The position numbers and the translations under genes are program-made. The notes under the pieces are model-generated. The model was not told where the DNA came from. It ran no database searches and saw only the letters and a program-made list of their open reading frames with translations. A DNA stretch of 63,825 nt, counting the filler, from Actinomycetota bacterium (lineage in GTDB: Bacteria > Actinomycetota > CADDZG01 > JAHWKV01 > JAOPZY01): assembly GCA_025963875.1 (NCBI GenBank). It is 3 parts of 3 records of this genome, joined end to end, with 100 filler letters (N's around TTAATTAATTAA, not from the genome) between each part and the next. Parts side by side here need not be neighbours in the genome. Positions count along the whole stretch, not along the records: positions 27,835 to 59,330 come from JAOPZY010000265.1; 2 more parts are not named here. One strand, 5' to 3'. Shown here piece by piece: positions 47,680 through 57,645 of the stretch; position 1 is the stretch's first letter, and each line of letters starts with the position of its first letter.

Positions 47680-49334
47680 CTATGCGCCGAGCGACATCTC
47701 CTTCCGGAGGACGAGCAGGGGGAGGGTCCCCAACTCGAGCAGCTGTCGTGCCAGGCGGGCAGCGAGAAGCCCGGCAACGCCGCGGCCTCCGCCCGTAGGC
47801 GCTCGATCTCCACCTGGCCGGTCTTGTAGGCGAGGGCCTGGCCAGGCCACGAGATGTAGCGGTCGACCTCGACCTCGGCGGTCGAGCGTGCCAGCCCGGC
47901 ACCGACCGCCAGGTCGACCGCCCGCTGCCGGTCCCAGCCGAGCGCATGCAGGCCGGTGTCGACGACCAGGCGGACCGCCCGCCACGCCTGGGCAGCGAGC
48001 ATGCCGAGGCGCTCGTAGTCGTCCGCGTAGAGTCCCATCTCGTCGGCCAGGCGCTCGCAGTAGAGGCCCCACCCCTCGGCGAAGGCTGTCCCGGCCCAGA
48101 TTCCCCCGAAGCGGCGCAGCGCCGGGCGGTCGGCGAACTCCTGCTCGATGGAGATCTGGAAATGGTGGCCCGGGTTCGCCTCGTGGTAGGAGACGGCGGC
48201 CAGCGCGTGGAGCGGGCGGGCAGGTCGCCGAGGTTGATGAAATAGGCGCCCGGCCGGGAGCCGTCGGCGCTGGGCGGGTAGTAGAAGGCTGGCGGCATGT
48301 CCTGCTCTCGGAACTCCTCGACTGCCTTGACCTCGCAGGGGGAGGTCGGCATGCGGCCGAAGAAGCCCCTGGCCGCCTCCCAGCTCGCCTCGACCTGGCG
48401 GCGGGCGAGGTCGAGGAGCTGCTGCCGGCTCGTGGCGATGTTACGGCCGGTGTCGCCGTAGGCCGCCAGTGCCGACTCGGCGTCGGGGTACCCCAGCCTC
48501 CCGGCCACGGCCCGGGTCTCCTCCTGCACCGCCTCGAGCTCGCGGAGGCCCGTGGCATGGACCTCCTCGGCGGTGAGGGGAAGTGTCGTGTGTGCCCGGA
48601 TCTGGCTTGCGTAGATCTCGTCGCCACGGGGCAGCGCGGACAGGCCGACGCTGTCCTCCCGGGCGTGGTGCCGGTACTCGGTGAGGACGTCCAGGTACCT
48701 GCGGTAGGCCGGCCAGACCTCGTCGCGGAGGATCTCCGCGACGGCCGCGCGGTCGGGGGGAATCAGCCGGCAGGGGCGCCATGCCGGGCGACTCCTCCGG
48801 CGGCGTCGCCAGCAGGCGCTGCACCTGGCCGATGGTGCGGTCCACGACGAGGGCCGGGGCGATCATGCCGGTGGCAACCCCGCCGCGGGCCGTCGCCCCC
48901 ACCCGCTCGAGGTAGGTGGGGATCGCCCGGAGCCGCCGGGCGTAGTTGGCAGCCCGCTCCGGCGTGTCGGCTCGCTGGAGCGAGGCCAGCTCGGCGAGGA
49001 GCTGTCCGGGGCCGAGAAGGTGCGAGACGGCCTGGAGGCGGTCGAGGCGGTACTCGATCGCCTCGAGGCCCTGGCGGGCGATGGCGTCGAGGACGTCGAG
49101 GGTCGTCCGGGCGTCGGTGCCGAGCCCGGTTCGGTCGATGCGTGCCACGTCGGCGACCGCCGATTCGAGGACCGAGGCCCGGCGGGCGATGCCCTCGTCG
49201 CTGGGGTCCGGCAGCCGGTCGTCGAATCGCTCGTCGCCCACCTGGGTGGCAACGATGGGCTCGAGCTCGAGGAGGTGGTCCCAGTAGCGGTCCGCCACCT
49301 CCCGTGCCCGCTGCTCGGCACCTGGTTCCGCCAT
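47680..49334 (-). pseudogene. DUF885-family metallopeptidase-like protein with three frameshifts
   Basis: HEANPGHHFQ, EGWGLYCE, PGQALAYKTG lie in successive frames; breaks near 48757, 48215 and 47745 (may be sequencing errors). Confidence 0.78.
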
Positions 49335-49401
49335 CGTCTGCACCTCCGGGTCGCGCGTGGGTTGGGGCTGATACCGTCGTGACCACAGTTTGTATACAGG
49401 C

Positions 49402-52059
49402 ATGGCAATAACCCTGCTCGGCGAAGTGGTGGACAGCTCGGCCGCTCCGGCGGCTGCAGAGCTCGCCCTTGCGCGCCTTGCTACCCACCACCCGGGCGTG
49501 ACCGCACGGCTGGAGGCCGACCCGGTCCTGGCCACTGCGGTCGTGACGGTCGTCGCGGCGAGCCGGTCGCTGACCCAGCTCCTCGCCGTCGATCCGGGCG
49601 CCGTCGACGTCCTGGCCGACCTGGACCGCCGCCGCCCGCCGGAGGCGGCCACCACCGGCGAACTCGTGCGGTGGAAGCGCCTGGAGTACCTCCGCATCGC
49701 CGCCCGGGACCTGCTCGGACTGGACGGCCTGGACCTCGTCGGCGCCGCGCTGGCGGAGATGGCGGAAGACGTGATGCGGGCCGCGCTGCGGCTGGCAGGG
49801 GTGGAGGGTGGGCTCGCGGTCATCGGCATGGGCAAGCTCGGCGGCAGGGAGCTCAACTACGCCAGCGACATCGACCTCATGTTCGTGGGCGATGCCGATC
49901 CCCTGCCGGCGCTGGAGGTTGCACGGCGCTGCTTCCGGGTGGACACCGACCTGCGGCCGGAAGGCAGGTCCGGGCGGCTCATCCTGCCGCTCAGCTCCTA
50001 CGAGGCGTACTGGGACCGGTGGGCAAAGCCCTGGGAGTTCCAGGCACTCCTCAAGGCCCGGCCCGTCGCCGGGGACCCCGACATCGGCGCCGCCTTTGCC
50101 GAGGCCGCCGCCCGGCGGGTGTGGGACCGCCCCTTCGGGGCCGAGGACCTCCGGGCCGTCCGGGACATGAAGGCTCGGGCGGAGAGTTCGGTGGCCCGCA
50201 AGGGTCTGGCCGACCGGGAGGTGAAGCGGGGCCGGGGAGGGATCCGTGACGCCGAGTTCGCCGTGCAGCTCCTCCAGCTCGTGCACGGCCGCCAGGACCC
50301 GGCGCTGCGCTCGCGCGCCACGCTGTCGGCCCTTGAGGAGCTCGCCGCCGCGGGCTACGTCGCCCCCGCCGATGCCGCCGTGCTCGCCAGGGGGTACACC
50401 TACCTGCGCACCGTCGAGCACCGCCTGCAGCTCGACGACGAGCAGCAGGTCCATGCCGTGCCCCAGGACCCCGAGGCGCGGGCTCGGCTGGCGAGGGTCA
50501 TGGGCTACCGGGACGACGCCGCCGGCACCGCGCTCGCACGCTTCGACGACGAGCTGCGACGTCACCAGGTGGCCGTCCGGTCGGTCCACGAGCAGCTCTA
50601 CTTCCGTCCGCTGCTCGAGGCCTTCGCCGGCAACGACGCCGCCCTGACGCCCGAGGCCATCGAGGCCCGCCTGAGCGCCTTCGGGTTCGCCGAGGCGGAC
50701 CGGACCAGGCGGACACTCCGCCAGCTCACCCGGGGCCTCACCCGCTCGTCACGCCTGATGCAGCAGATGCTCCCGCTCGTCCTCGACTGGCTCTCGAAGT
50801 CCCCCGACCCCGACCTGGGCCTGCTCGGTCTCGGCAACCTCGTCGCCCGGGCCGACCAGGTGCCCGGACTCGTCGCGACCTTCCGGGAGTCGCCGGAGGC
50901 CGCCCGCCGCCTCTGCCTGCTGCTGGGGACCAGCCGGCTGTTCCACCGCGCCGTCGAGCAGCACCCCGACACCCTCATGGACCTCACAGAGGACGGGGCG
51001 CTCCGCCCCCGCTCCCGGTCGGCGCTCATGACCTCGGCCGCCACGGCGCTGGAGTGGCGGGGCGACGTCGAGGCCCGCCGGGAGGCGCTGACCCGGTTCA
51101 AGCGGGCGGAGCTGCTGCGCATCGCCGCAGGCGGCGTGCTGGGGATCAACGACGCCGGGGCCATCGCCCACGGCCTGGGCGACCTAGCGGAAGTCGTGCT
51201 GGAGGCGGCGCTCGAGGCCATCGCCCCGCCGGTGCCGATGGCGATCATCGCCATGGGACGCCTCGGTGGGGCCGAGCTCGCCTACCCGAGCGACCTCGAC
51301 GTGCTGATCCTCTACGAGGGCGAGTCGCCGGAGGCCTTCACCGCAGCCGAGGCCGCCGCCTCGTCCCTGCTCCGCTTCCTCAATGGCAGGACACCGGACG
51401 CTGCCATCTACCACATGGACGTCGGTCTGCGCCCCGAGGGCCGCCAGGGTCATCTCGTCCGCAGCCTCGAGGGCTACCGCGCGTACTACCAGCGGTGGAG
51501 CCACACCTGGGAGCGCCAGGCGCTCCTCAGGGCACGGCCGGTTGCCGGGGACCCCGAGGTGGCCGCAAAGTTCATGGCCATCATCGATGCCCACCTTGCC
51601 CGGGCGGTCACCGGAGAGGAGGTCAGGGAGATCCGCAGGATGAAGATCCGCATCGAGCGGGAGCGCATCCCGCCGCGGGAGGACCCCCAGTTCCACCTGA
51701 AGCTGGGCAAGGGCACCATCTCGGACGTCGAGTGGACCGTGCAGCTCCTCCAGCTCCGCCACGGCCTGCGGTCGCCGGGCACGATGGCGGCCCTGGCCGA
51801 GCTGGAGGCGACCGGGGCGCTCTCGCCGGCCGACGCCGCCGCCCTGAGGGAGAGCTACGTCTTCTGCGAGCGGACCCGCAACCACTGGTTCCTCGTGAAG
51901 GGCACCCGCGGCGACTCGTTGCCGACGGAGACGGAGCAGCTCGCCCACCTGGCACGGAGCCTGGGCACGACCGCCTGGGATCTCCGGGAGGAGTACCGGC
52001 GAGTCACCCGCCGTGCCCGCAGCGTCATGGAGCGCCTGTTCTACGGGAAAGAGGACTAG
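49402..52059 (+). CDS. glnE: glutamine synthetase adenylyltransferase/adenylyl-removing enzyme
   Basis: two nucleotidyltransferase domains MGKLGGRELNYASDID and MGRLGGAELAYPSDLD, LRPEG, WERQAL. Confidence 0.93.
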   Translation: MAITLLGEVVDSSAAPAAAELALARLATHHPGVTARLEADPVLATAVVTVVAASRSLTQLLAVDPGAVDVLADLDRRRPPEAATTGELVRWKRLEYLRIAARDLLGLDGLDLVGAALAEMAEDVMRAALRLAGVEGGLAVIGMGKLGGRELNYASDIDLMFVGDADPLPALEVARRCFRVDTDLRPEGRSGRLILPLSSYEAYWDRWAKPWEFQALLKARPVAGDPDIGAAFAEAAARRVWDRPFGAEDLRAVRDMKARAESSVARKGLADREVKRGRGGIRDAEFAVQLLQLVHGRQDPALRSRATLSALEELAAAGYVAPADAAVLARGYTYLRTVEHRLQLDDEQQVHAVPQDPEARARLARVMGYRDDAAGTALARFDDELRRHQVAVRSVHEQLYFRPLLEAFAGNDAALTPEAIEARLSAFGFAEADRTRRTLRQLTRGLTRSSRLMQQMLPLVLDWLSKSPDPDLGLLGLGNLVARADQVPGLVATFRESPEAARRLCLLLGTSRLFHRAVEQHPDTLMDLTEDGALRPRSRSALMTSAATALEWRGDVEARREALTRFKRAELLRIAAGGVLGINDAGAIAHGLGDLAEVVLEAALEAIAPPVPMAIIAMGRLGGAELAYPSDLDVLILYEGESPEAFTAAEAAASSLLRFLNGRTPDAAIYHMDVGLRPEGRQGHLVRSLEGYRAYYQRWSHTWERQALLRARPVAGDPEVAAKFMAIIDAHLARAVTGEEVREIRRMKIRIERERIPPREDPQFHLKLGKGTISDVEWTVQLLQLRHGLRSPGTMAALAELEATGALSPADAAALRESYVFCERTRNHWFLVKGTRGDSLPTETEQLAHLARSLGTTAWDLREEYRRVTRRARSVMERLFYGKED

Positions 52060-52092
52060 AACCTACGTGCCCGTGGGCAATGGCCCACCGAT

Positions 52093-52135
52093 GTTTGCTC
52101 CAAAAACCGCGGAATCCGCGGTTTTTGGAGCAAAC
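52093..52135. repeat. dispersed 12-N17-12 palindrome, copy 3 (perfect 21-bp arms)
   Basis: GTTTGCTCCAAAAACCGCGGA-A-TCCGCGGTTTTTGGAGCAAAC. Confidence 0.85.
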
Positions 52136-52286
52136 TGGCCCTCAGATCCCCCTGTTCCGCGTATGCCTTGGGCCCGAGTCTGGTCCGCCCGGCACAGAGC
52201 ACGGGCCGAGCAATTGCCGAGCACCGAGCGGGCAGACGGCGTACCGGCACTGCCAACCGGTGCGTGCAAGCTGTAGAAAGAGGCGT

Positions 52287-53565
52287 ATGGCAGGCAAACG
52301 GCATCGCCTGGCCGCCCGGCGGCGGGCGCTCGGCTTCACCCAGGAGTCCCTGGCCGAGCGGCTGGGCGTCCATCCCACCACGGTGAGGCGCTGGGAGAGC
52401 GGCGGCATCGGCAGCGGGCCGCAGCCGTGGGTTCGCCGGAAGCTTGCCGAGCACCTCCAGGTCTCGACCGAGGAGCTCGAGGAGCTCCTGAGTGATCGCC
52501 ACGGGGTGCTACCGCGGCGCTCTGCCGATGACGAGGACGACGTGAACCGCCGGGCGCTGCTCAAGCTCCTGGGAGGGGCGGCGCTGGTCGCGCCGTTCGC
52601 CGGGTATCTGGAGCACCTGCGGCGAGGCCTCGACGCCGCCCTCGGAGGGCCAACGACCATCGCAGATGTCGAGGAGTGGGAGCGCACCGCCTTCCGCTAC
52701 GCCCGAGAGGTCAGTTACCTCCCGGCCGCGCAGGTCTTCCCCGCCCTGATGGCGGACCTCGCCGAGGTGCAGACGAGGCTCGTGCGCGTCCCGGATGCCC
52801 TCCGCCCCCGGATGGCGCACGTGTGCGGCCAGCTCAGCGCGTTCATGGCCATGGTCCTCTTCCAACAGGGCGACCCGGACAGCGCTCGCCGCTACTGGCA
52901 CACCGCAGTTCGTGTCGCCGACCAATCCGCCGACCCCGCCCTTCGGTCCCACGTACGCGCCAAACGCGCCATGTATGCCCTCTACGAGGAGCAGCCGCCG
53001 TCATCGACGCTCATGCTGGCCGAGGAGGCAATCGGTGCGGGGAACGGGGGATCCGTACGCAGGTGTCGCCGGCGGTCATGGGACGCGCGCGCGGGCGCTC
53101 GCCCTGCTCGGCCGCCACGACGAGGCACGGCGCGCTCTCGGGGACCTCGAGGACGTCTTTGCCCGCCTGCCGGAGCCGACCGTCGCCGACAGTGGGTCTC
53201 ACTGGGGGTGGTCCGAGCACCGCCTGCGCTTCACCCAGAGCCACGTCCACTCCCTGGCGGGCCGTCTCGACAAGGCCGCCGCAGCGCAGGACGCCGCGCT
53301 CGCGCTTTACCCCCCATCGTCGGGTATTGCTCCGGCGCAGGTGCAGTTGCACCGGGCGATGTGCGTCATCGCCGCCGGGGACCCGGGTGAGGGAGCCCGG
53401 CACACCATCCGCACGCTTCAGGCGCTCCCGCCGCACTTCCGCGAGAACGCCCTCCTGCGCCGGTCGGCCGCGCTCGCGCTCGGCGTGGTCCCCGAGCGGG
53501 CGCGCACCTTGCCCGCGGTCGCCGAGGCCCGGGAACTGCTCGCCCTGCCGCCCGGACAGTCGTGA
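52287..53565 (+). CDS. XRE-family HTH regulator with helical C-terminal domain, frameshifted near 53048
   Basis: TQESLAERLGVHPTTVRRWE HTH, VNRRALL motif; removing one G from the G5 run at 53046-53050 joins the two ORFs. Confidence 0.75.
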
Positions 53566-54061
53566 CCGAGACGCCACCCCTGGCGTTCAGCCACCACGAC
53601 GCCCCCTCGGCGGAACGAGTTATGGAGACCACGATCCTGCCACTCCATGAATCCAGCCGTCCCGACCTGATCGACGATCCCTTTGACAGCGCCGACCGGT
53701 TCGCGGCGCGCGTGCGCGGCTACATGCGAGCTGCCGGCTTCGAGATGGTCGTTGCGGAGGTGGAACGCGCTCCGCGCGGTCTGGCCCTCGCCTACAGACT
53801 CCCCGAGGGTGCCCGGTGGTGGCGAAGCCTGACGACGCCTGTGGACCCCGAGATGATCGCCGAGACCGGCGACCGCACCTTCGGCCTGTGCGAGCTGATA
53901 GTCCATCCCGACGGGCAGCGGCGTGGCATCGCCCATGCGCTCAACGAGAGAGGACAACATCCCGGCCCAGCGCGCCTACGCTAAGTGGGGCTGGCGCAAG
54001 ATTGGGAAGCTGCAGCCGTTCCCCGACTCGCCCCACTACGACGCCCTGGTCCTCGACCTAC
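53562..54061 (+). pseudogene. GNAT acetyltransferase remnant with internal deletion/frameshift
   Basis: ELIVHPDGQRRGIA motif A, then N.PA..AY.KWGW motif B in a different frame; GTGA overlap with the XRE gene. Confidence 0.72.
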
Positions 54062-54123
54062 AGTTTGGGAATTACTTTCCTAGCGCCCCGTCGGTCCGCC
54101 CGCGGTCTGCGAGACTGCCCCCC

Positions 54124-55461
54124 ATGGAAGAGGCCCAGGACCACGTGCTGCGCGTCGTCGAGGACCGGGCGGTGCGGGTCATCCAGCTCTGGTTCACCGA
54201 TGTCCTCGGGATCCCCCGCAGCTTCGACATCACGCCCGCCGAGCTCGAGCGGGCCCTGGCGGAGGGCATCACGTTCGACGGCTCGGCCATCGACGGGTTC
54301 AGCCGCGTGCAGGAGAGCGACGTCCTCGCGCGCCCCGACCCCAAGACCCTCCAGCTCCTGACCTGGCGCCCCGACAGCGATCCGCCGGTGGCCCGCGTGG
54401 TCTGCGACATCTTCAACCTCGACGGGACCCCGTTCGAGGGAAGCCCCCGCAACGTGCTGCGACGGACGCTCGAGCGGGCGCGGGAGCTGGGCTTCAGCTT
54501 CTACGTCGCCCCCGAGGTCGAGTTCTTCTACCTGGCGTCGGACGACACCTCGGCCACACTGGAGCCCCTGGACCACGGGTCGTACTTCGAGCTCACCGTG
54601 GCGGACAAGGCCTCCAACCTGAGGAAGGCCAGCGTGCTGACCCTGGAGGACATGGGCATCCCAGTCGAGTACAGCCAGCACGAGGATGCCCCCGGCCAGC
54701 ACGAGATCGACCTCCGGCACGCCGACGCCCTCAGCATGGCCGACTCCGTCATGACCGTGCGCCACGTCGTGAAGGAGCTGGCCCAGGAGTCCAACGCCCA
54801 CGCCACCTTCATGCCGAAACCCTTCGCTACCGTCCAGGGATCGGGGATGCACACCCACTTCTCCCTCTTCGAGGGGAGCCGCAACGCCCTCCACGACCCC
54901 GAGGACCCGTACAACCTCTCGGCGGTCGCCCGGGGGTTCATCGCCGGCCTGCTCGCCCACGCCCGCGAGATCACCGCGGTGACCAACCAGTGGGTGAATT
55001 CCTACAAGCGGCTGGTGGCCGGGTACGAGGCGCCGGTCTTCGTGTCCTGGGCCCGCAACAACCGCTCGGTGGTGGTGAATGTCCCGCACGCCAAGAAGGG
55101 CCACCCGGACTCGACCCGCATCGAGTACCGGGCGCCCGACCCGGTGTGCAACCCGTACCTGGCCTTCGCCGTCGTGCTCGCCGCCGGGCTCAAGGGCATC
55201 GAGGGCCGCTACAAGCTGCCGGCCGAGCTTCCCGTCAACCTGTACCAGCTCACGCCCGAGGAGCTTCTCACGGAGGGCATCGTCGCCCTCCCCGGGAGCC
55301 TCGGCGAGGCCATCTACGAGGCCGAGCGGTCCGAGCTGGTCGCCGCCACGCTCGGCGAGCACGTCTTTGAGTGGTTCATCCGCAACAAGAAGGCGGAGTG
55401 GCAGGAGTACATCGCCCAGGTCACGCAGTGGGAGGTCGCCCGGTACCTGCCCGTCCTGTGA
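54124..55461 (+). CDS. glnA: glutamine synthetase type I (GlnA2/GSI-alpha-like)
   Basis: FDGSAI, PEVEFF, HEDAPGQHEID, ATFMPKP..GSGMH, KRLVAGYEAP, RIEYRAPD. Confidence 0.93.
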   Translation: MEEAQDHVLRVVEDRAVRVIQLWFTDVLGIPRSFDITPAELERALAEGITFDGSAIDGFSRVQESDVLARPDPKTLQLLTWRPDSDPPVARVVCDIFNLDGTPFEGSPRNVLRRTLERARELGFSFYVAPEVEFFYLASDDTSATLEPLDHGSYFELTVADKASNLRKASVLTLEDMGIPVEYSQHEDAPGQHEIDLRHADALSMADSVMTVRHVVKELAQESNAHATFMPKPFATVQGSGMHTHFSLFEGSRNALHDPEDPYNLSAVARGFIAGLLAHAREITAVTNQWVNSYKRLVAGYEAPVFVSWARNNRSVVVNVPHAKKGHPDSTRIEYRAPDPVCNPYLAFAVVLAAGLKGIEGRYKLPAELPVNLYQLTPEELLTEGIVALPGSLGEAIYEAERSELVAATLGEHVFEWFIRNKKAEWQEYIAQVTQWEVARYLPVL

Positions 55462-55470
55462 CGCGGCGGT

Positions 55471-57645
55471 CTAGCCCGTCGCCACGTCGTCGAAGAGCGT
55501 GAAGGTCGGGTCACCCGCGTAGTTGTCGTCGTGGCTCGTGAGCGTGAGCGTGTAGCTGTGGCCGGCCGAGATCGTGACGGTCACCGATGTCCAGGCATTG
55601 CTGGTGCAGGTCTTCGCGAGGGGAGTCGAGGTGGTTCCTGCCGTGGTGTCCCGCAGCGAGACGGTCGCCCAGTCGTAGGTGATGGTGTCGGGGCAGGTCA
55701 TCTTGTACCAGAAGGTCAACCTCGTGGACCCCGTCGGGGCCGTGAACGTCTGCGCCAGGTTGGAGTCCCCGTTGGTCGGGCTGGTGGAACCGAGTTGGGC
55801 GCAGGACGAGCCGCTATGGCAGCCGGAGCTCACCGTCGTCGTCGAGGCGCCCGTGGCGGTCCACCCGGTGAGGCCCGATTCGAAGGTGCCGTTGGTGATG
55901 CCCGAGGGCGGGGGCGGTGGTGGCGGCGGGCCGCCGGCTGCGAGGGCGACGTCGTCGAAGAGCGTGAAGGTCGGGTCACCCACGTAGTTGTCGTCGTGGC
56001 TCAGCAGCGTCAGGGTGTAGTTGTCGCCGGCGGTGACCGCCGCCGTTGCCTGGACCCAGGTGGCATTGGTGGTACAGAACCTGGCGACGGGCGTCGCCGT
56101 GGTACCGCTGGTGTTGTCCTTCAGGGTCACCGAAGCCCAGTCGTAGGTGATGGTGTCGGGGCAGGTCATCTTGTACCAGAGCGAGAGGGCCGCGGCCCCC
56201 GTGGGCGCCGTGAACGTCTGGGCCAGCGTGGAGTCGCCGTTGGTCGGCGTGGCGGCCCCCGCCATACCCGACGACGCCCCCGAGTGCGCCGTCGTGCTGT
56301 TGGCTGTGGTGCCGGTGCTCGTCCAGCCGGCCAGCCCGCTCTCGAACCCGCCGTTGGTGATCCCCGCCACCGAGGGCCCGAGGACGGTGAGCGAGATGGT
56401 CGTCGTGTGGGTGGCGCTGGCGCCGGTGCCCGTGATCGTCAGGGCGTAGGTTCCCGGCGCTGCGCTCCCCGCCTGGATGGTGAGCGTGGAGCTGGCACCG
56501 GAGGTGATCGACGCGGGGTTGAGGGCCGCCGAGGCGCCTTGCGGAAGCCCGGACAGTCCCAGGCTCACCGTCTGTGGCGATCCGCCAGTCGTGGCGGTGT
56601 TGATCGTGCTGGTCCCTGTGGCGTTCTGGGCGATGGAGAGCGAGTTCGGGTTCGCCGAGATCGAGAAGTCGTTGGCGACAATTCCCCGTGTCAGGATGCA
56701 GTCGTTCGCGACGTTGCTGAACTGTTTCTGGACCGTGTAGGCGATGCCATCACCACCGGTCACGGTGCCCTGCTGGCCGTTGCAGATGTCACCGATCTCA
56801 CCGTTGGTGGCGTCGTACCACGCCAGCGGCGGCCCGTTCGAATTGGCGAGGCTGACCTCCCCGTCGGTGACGGTCTCGATCATCTCGTGCGAGGCGACCG
56901 AGGTGGTGTTCTCGAAGTCGGTTCCGGTGCCGCATCCACTCACACCGGTGAGGTCGGGCTCCACGCTGTAGTAGAGCTCAGGCAGGGAGCCGGCGGCGAT
57001 GGTCCCGTGGTAGGCGCAGAAGCCGCCCGCGACCAGCGAGCAGGTCGAACCCATGCAGATCGACTGGCCCCTGCGGAAGAAGATCTCGTAGAGGGTGTTG
57101 GTGTTCCCCGCCGAGTCCAGCGCCGGCTGGGGAAGGTTGTGGGCGGTGATCTGGGCCTGCAGCTCCGCCTGGACATTGGAATCCTGGATCTGCGATCCGT
57201 TGTTGGCGGCGGACGGGGTGATCGTCACCCGGGCGCCGAACGTCCCGCGGCCGATGGTCTGGTTGGTGCGGACGGACTGGCTGGTCAGGTTCGTGTTGTA
57301 CTCCGTCAGCCAGTCGAAGTAGGGCGAGTTCGTGATGCCCGCGAAGAAGCTGCTCACGCTGGGCGTCACGTTCGAGGTGGTCTGGGGCAGGTAGGTGCCG
57401 GAGCCGTAGATGACCTGGACGACCTTGACGTTGGTGAGGACCCGGCCGCCGAAGTACGTGAGGTGGGCACCCGCCGGGGCCGACGCTGCTCGGGGCCTGC
57501 CCGAGTTGAACGGCATGATGTGCGGGCCGCCCAGGCCGGTCTCCGCCGCCTGCGCCGGTGCCGTGGAGGTGGCGCCGGCCGGGTAGACGGCCGAGCCGAG
57601 CAGGAGCGCCAGCAACAATAGTGAAGAAAACCCCATCCGCTTCAT
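55471..57645 (-). CDS. secreted multidomain protein: Cys-rich HExxE domain, Ig-like linker, two CBM-like repeats
   Basis: signal peptide; LTYFGGRVL, FCAYHG, SHEMIETVTD, GEIGDIC; two repeats starting ITNGxFESGL. Confidence 0.8.
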   Translation of the reverse strand: MKRMGFSSLLLLALLLGSAVYPAGATSTAPAQAAETGLGGPHIMPFNSGRPRAASAPAGAHLTYFGGRVLTNVKVVQVIYGSGTYLPQTTSNVTPSVSSFFAGITNSPYFDWLTEYNTNLTSQSVRTNQTIGRGTFGARVTITPSAANNGSQIQDSNVQAELQAQITAHNLPQPALDSAGNTNTLYEIFFRRGQSICMGSTCSLVAGGFCAYHGTIAAGSLPELYYSVEPDLTGVSGCGTGTDFENTTSVASHEMIETVTDGEVSLANSNGPPLAWYDATNGEIGDICNGQQGTVTGGDGIAYTVQKQFSNVANDCILTRGIVANDFSISANPNSLSIAQNATGTSTINTATTGGSPQTVSLGLSGLPQGASAALNPASITSGASSTLTIQAGSAAPGTYALTITGTGASATHTTTISLTVLGPSVAGITNGGFESGLAGWTSTGTTANSTTAHSGASSGMAGAATPTNGDSTLAQTFTAPTGAAALSLWYKMTCPDTITYDWASVTLKDNTSGTTATPVARFCTTNATWVQATAAVTAGDNYTLTLLSHDDNYVGDPTFTLFDDVALAAGGPPPPPPPPSGITNGTFESGLTGWTATGASTTTVSSGCHSGSSCAQLGSTSPTNGDSNLAQTFTAPTGSTRLTFWYKMTCPDTITYDWATVSLRDTTAGTTSTPLAKTCTSNAWTSVTVTISAGHSYTLTLTSHDDNYAGDPTFTLFDDVATG
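55480..56363 (-). repeat. intragenic tandem duplication of the CBM-like module
   Basis: WYKMTCPDTITYDWA and SHDDNYxGDPTFTLFDDVA repeated with near-identical DNA. Confidence 0.85.

Noticed and set aside
53923..55461. 512-aa GlnA with an N-terminal extension
   Set aside because: The extension is the out-of-frame GNAT remnant; GS homology starts at ATG 54124.
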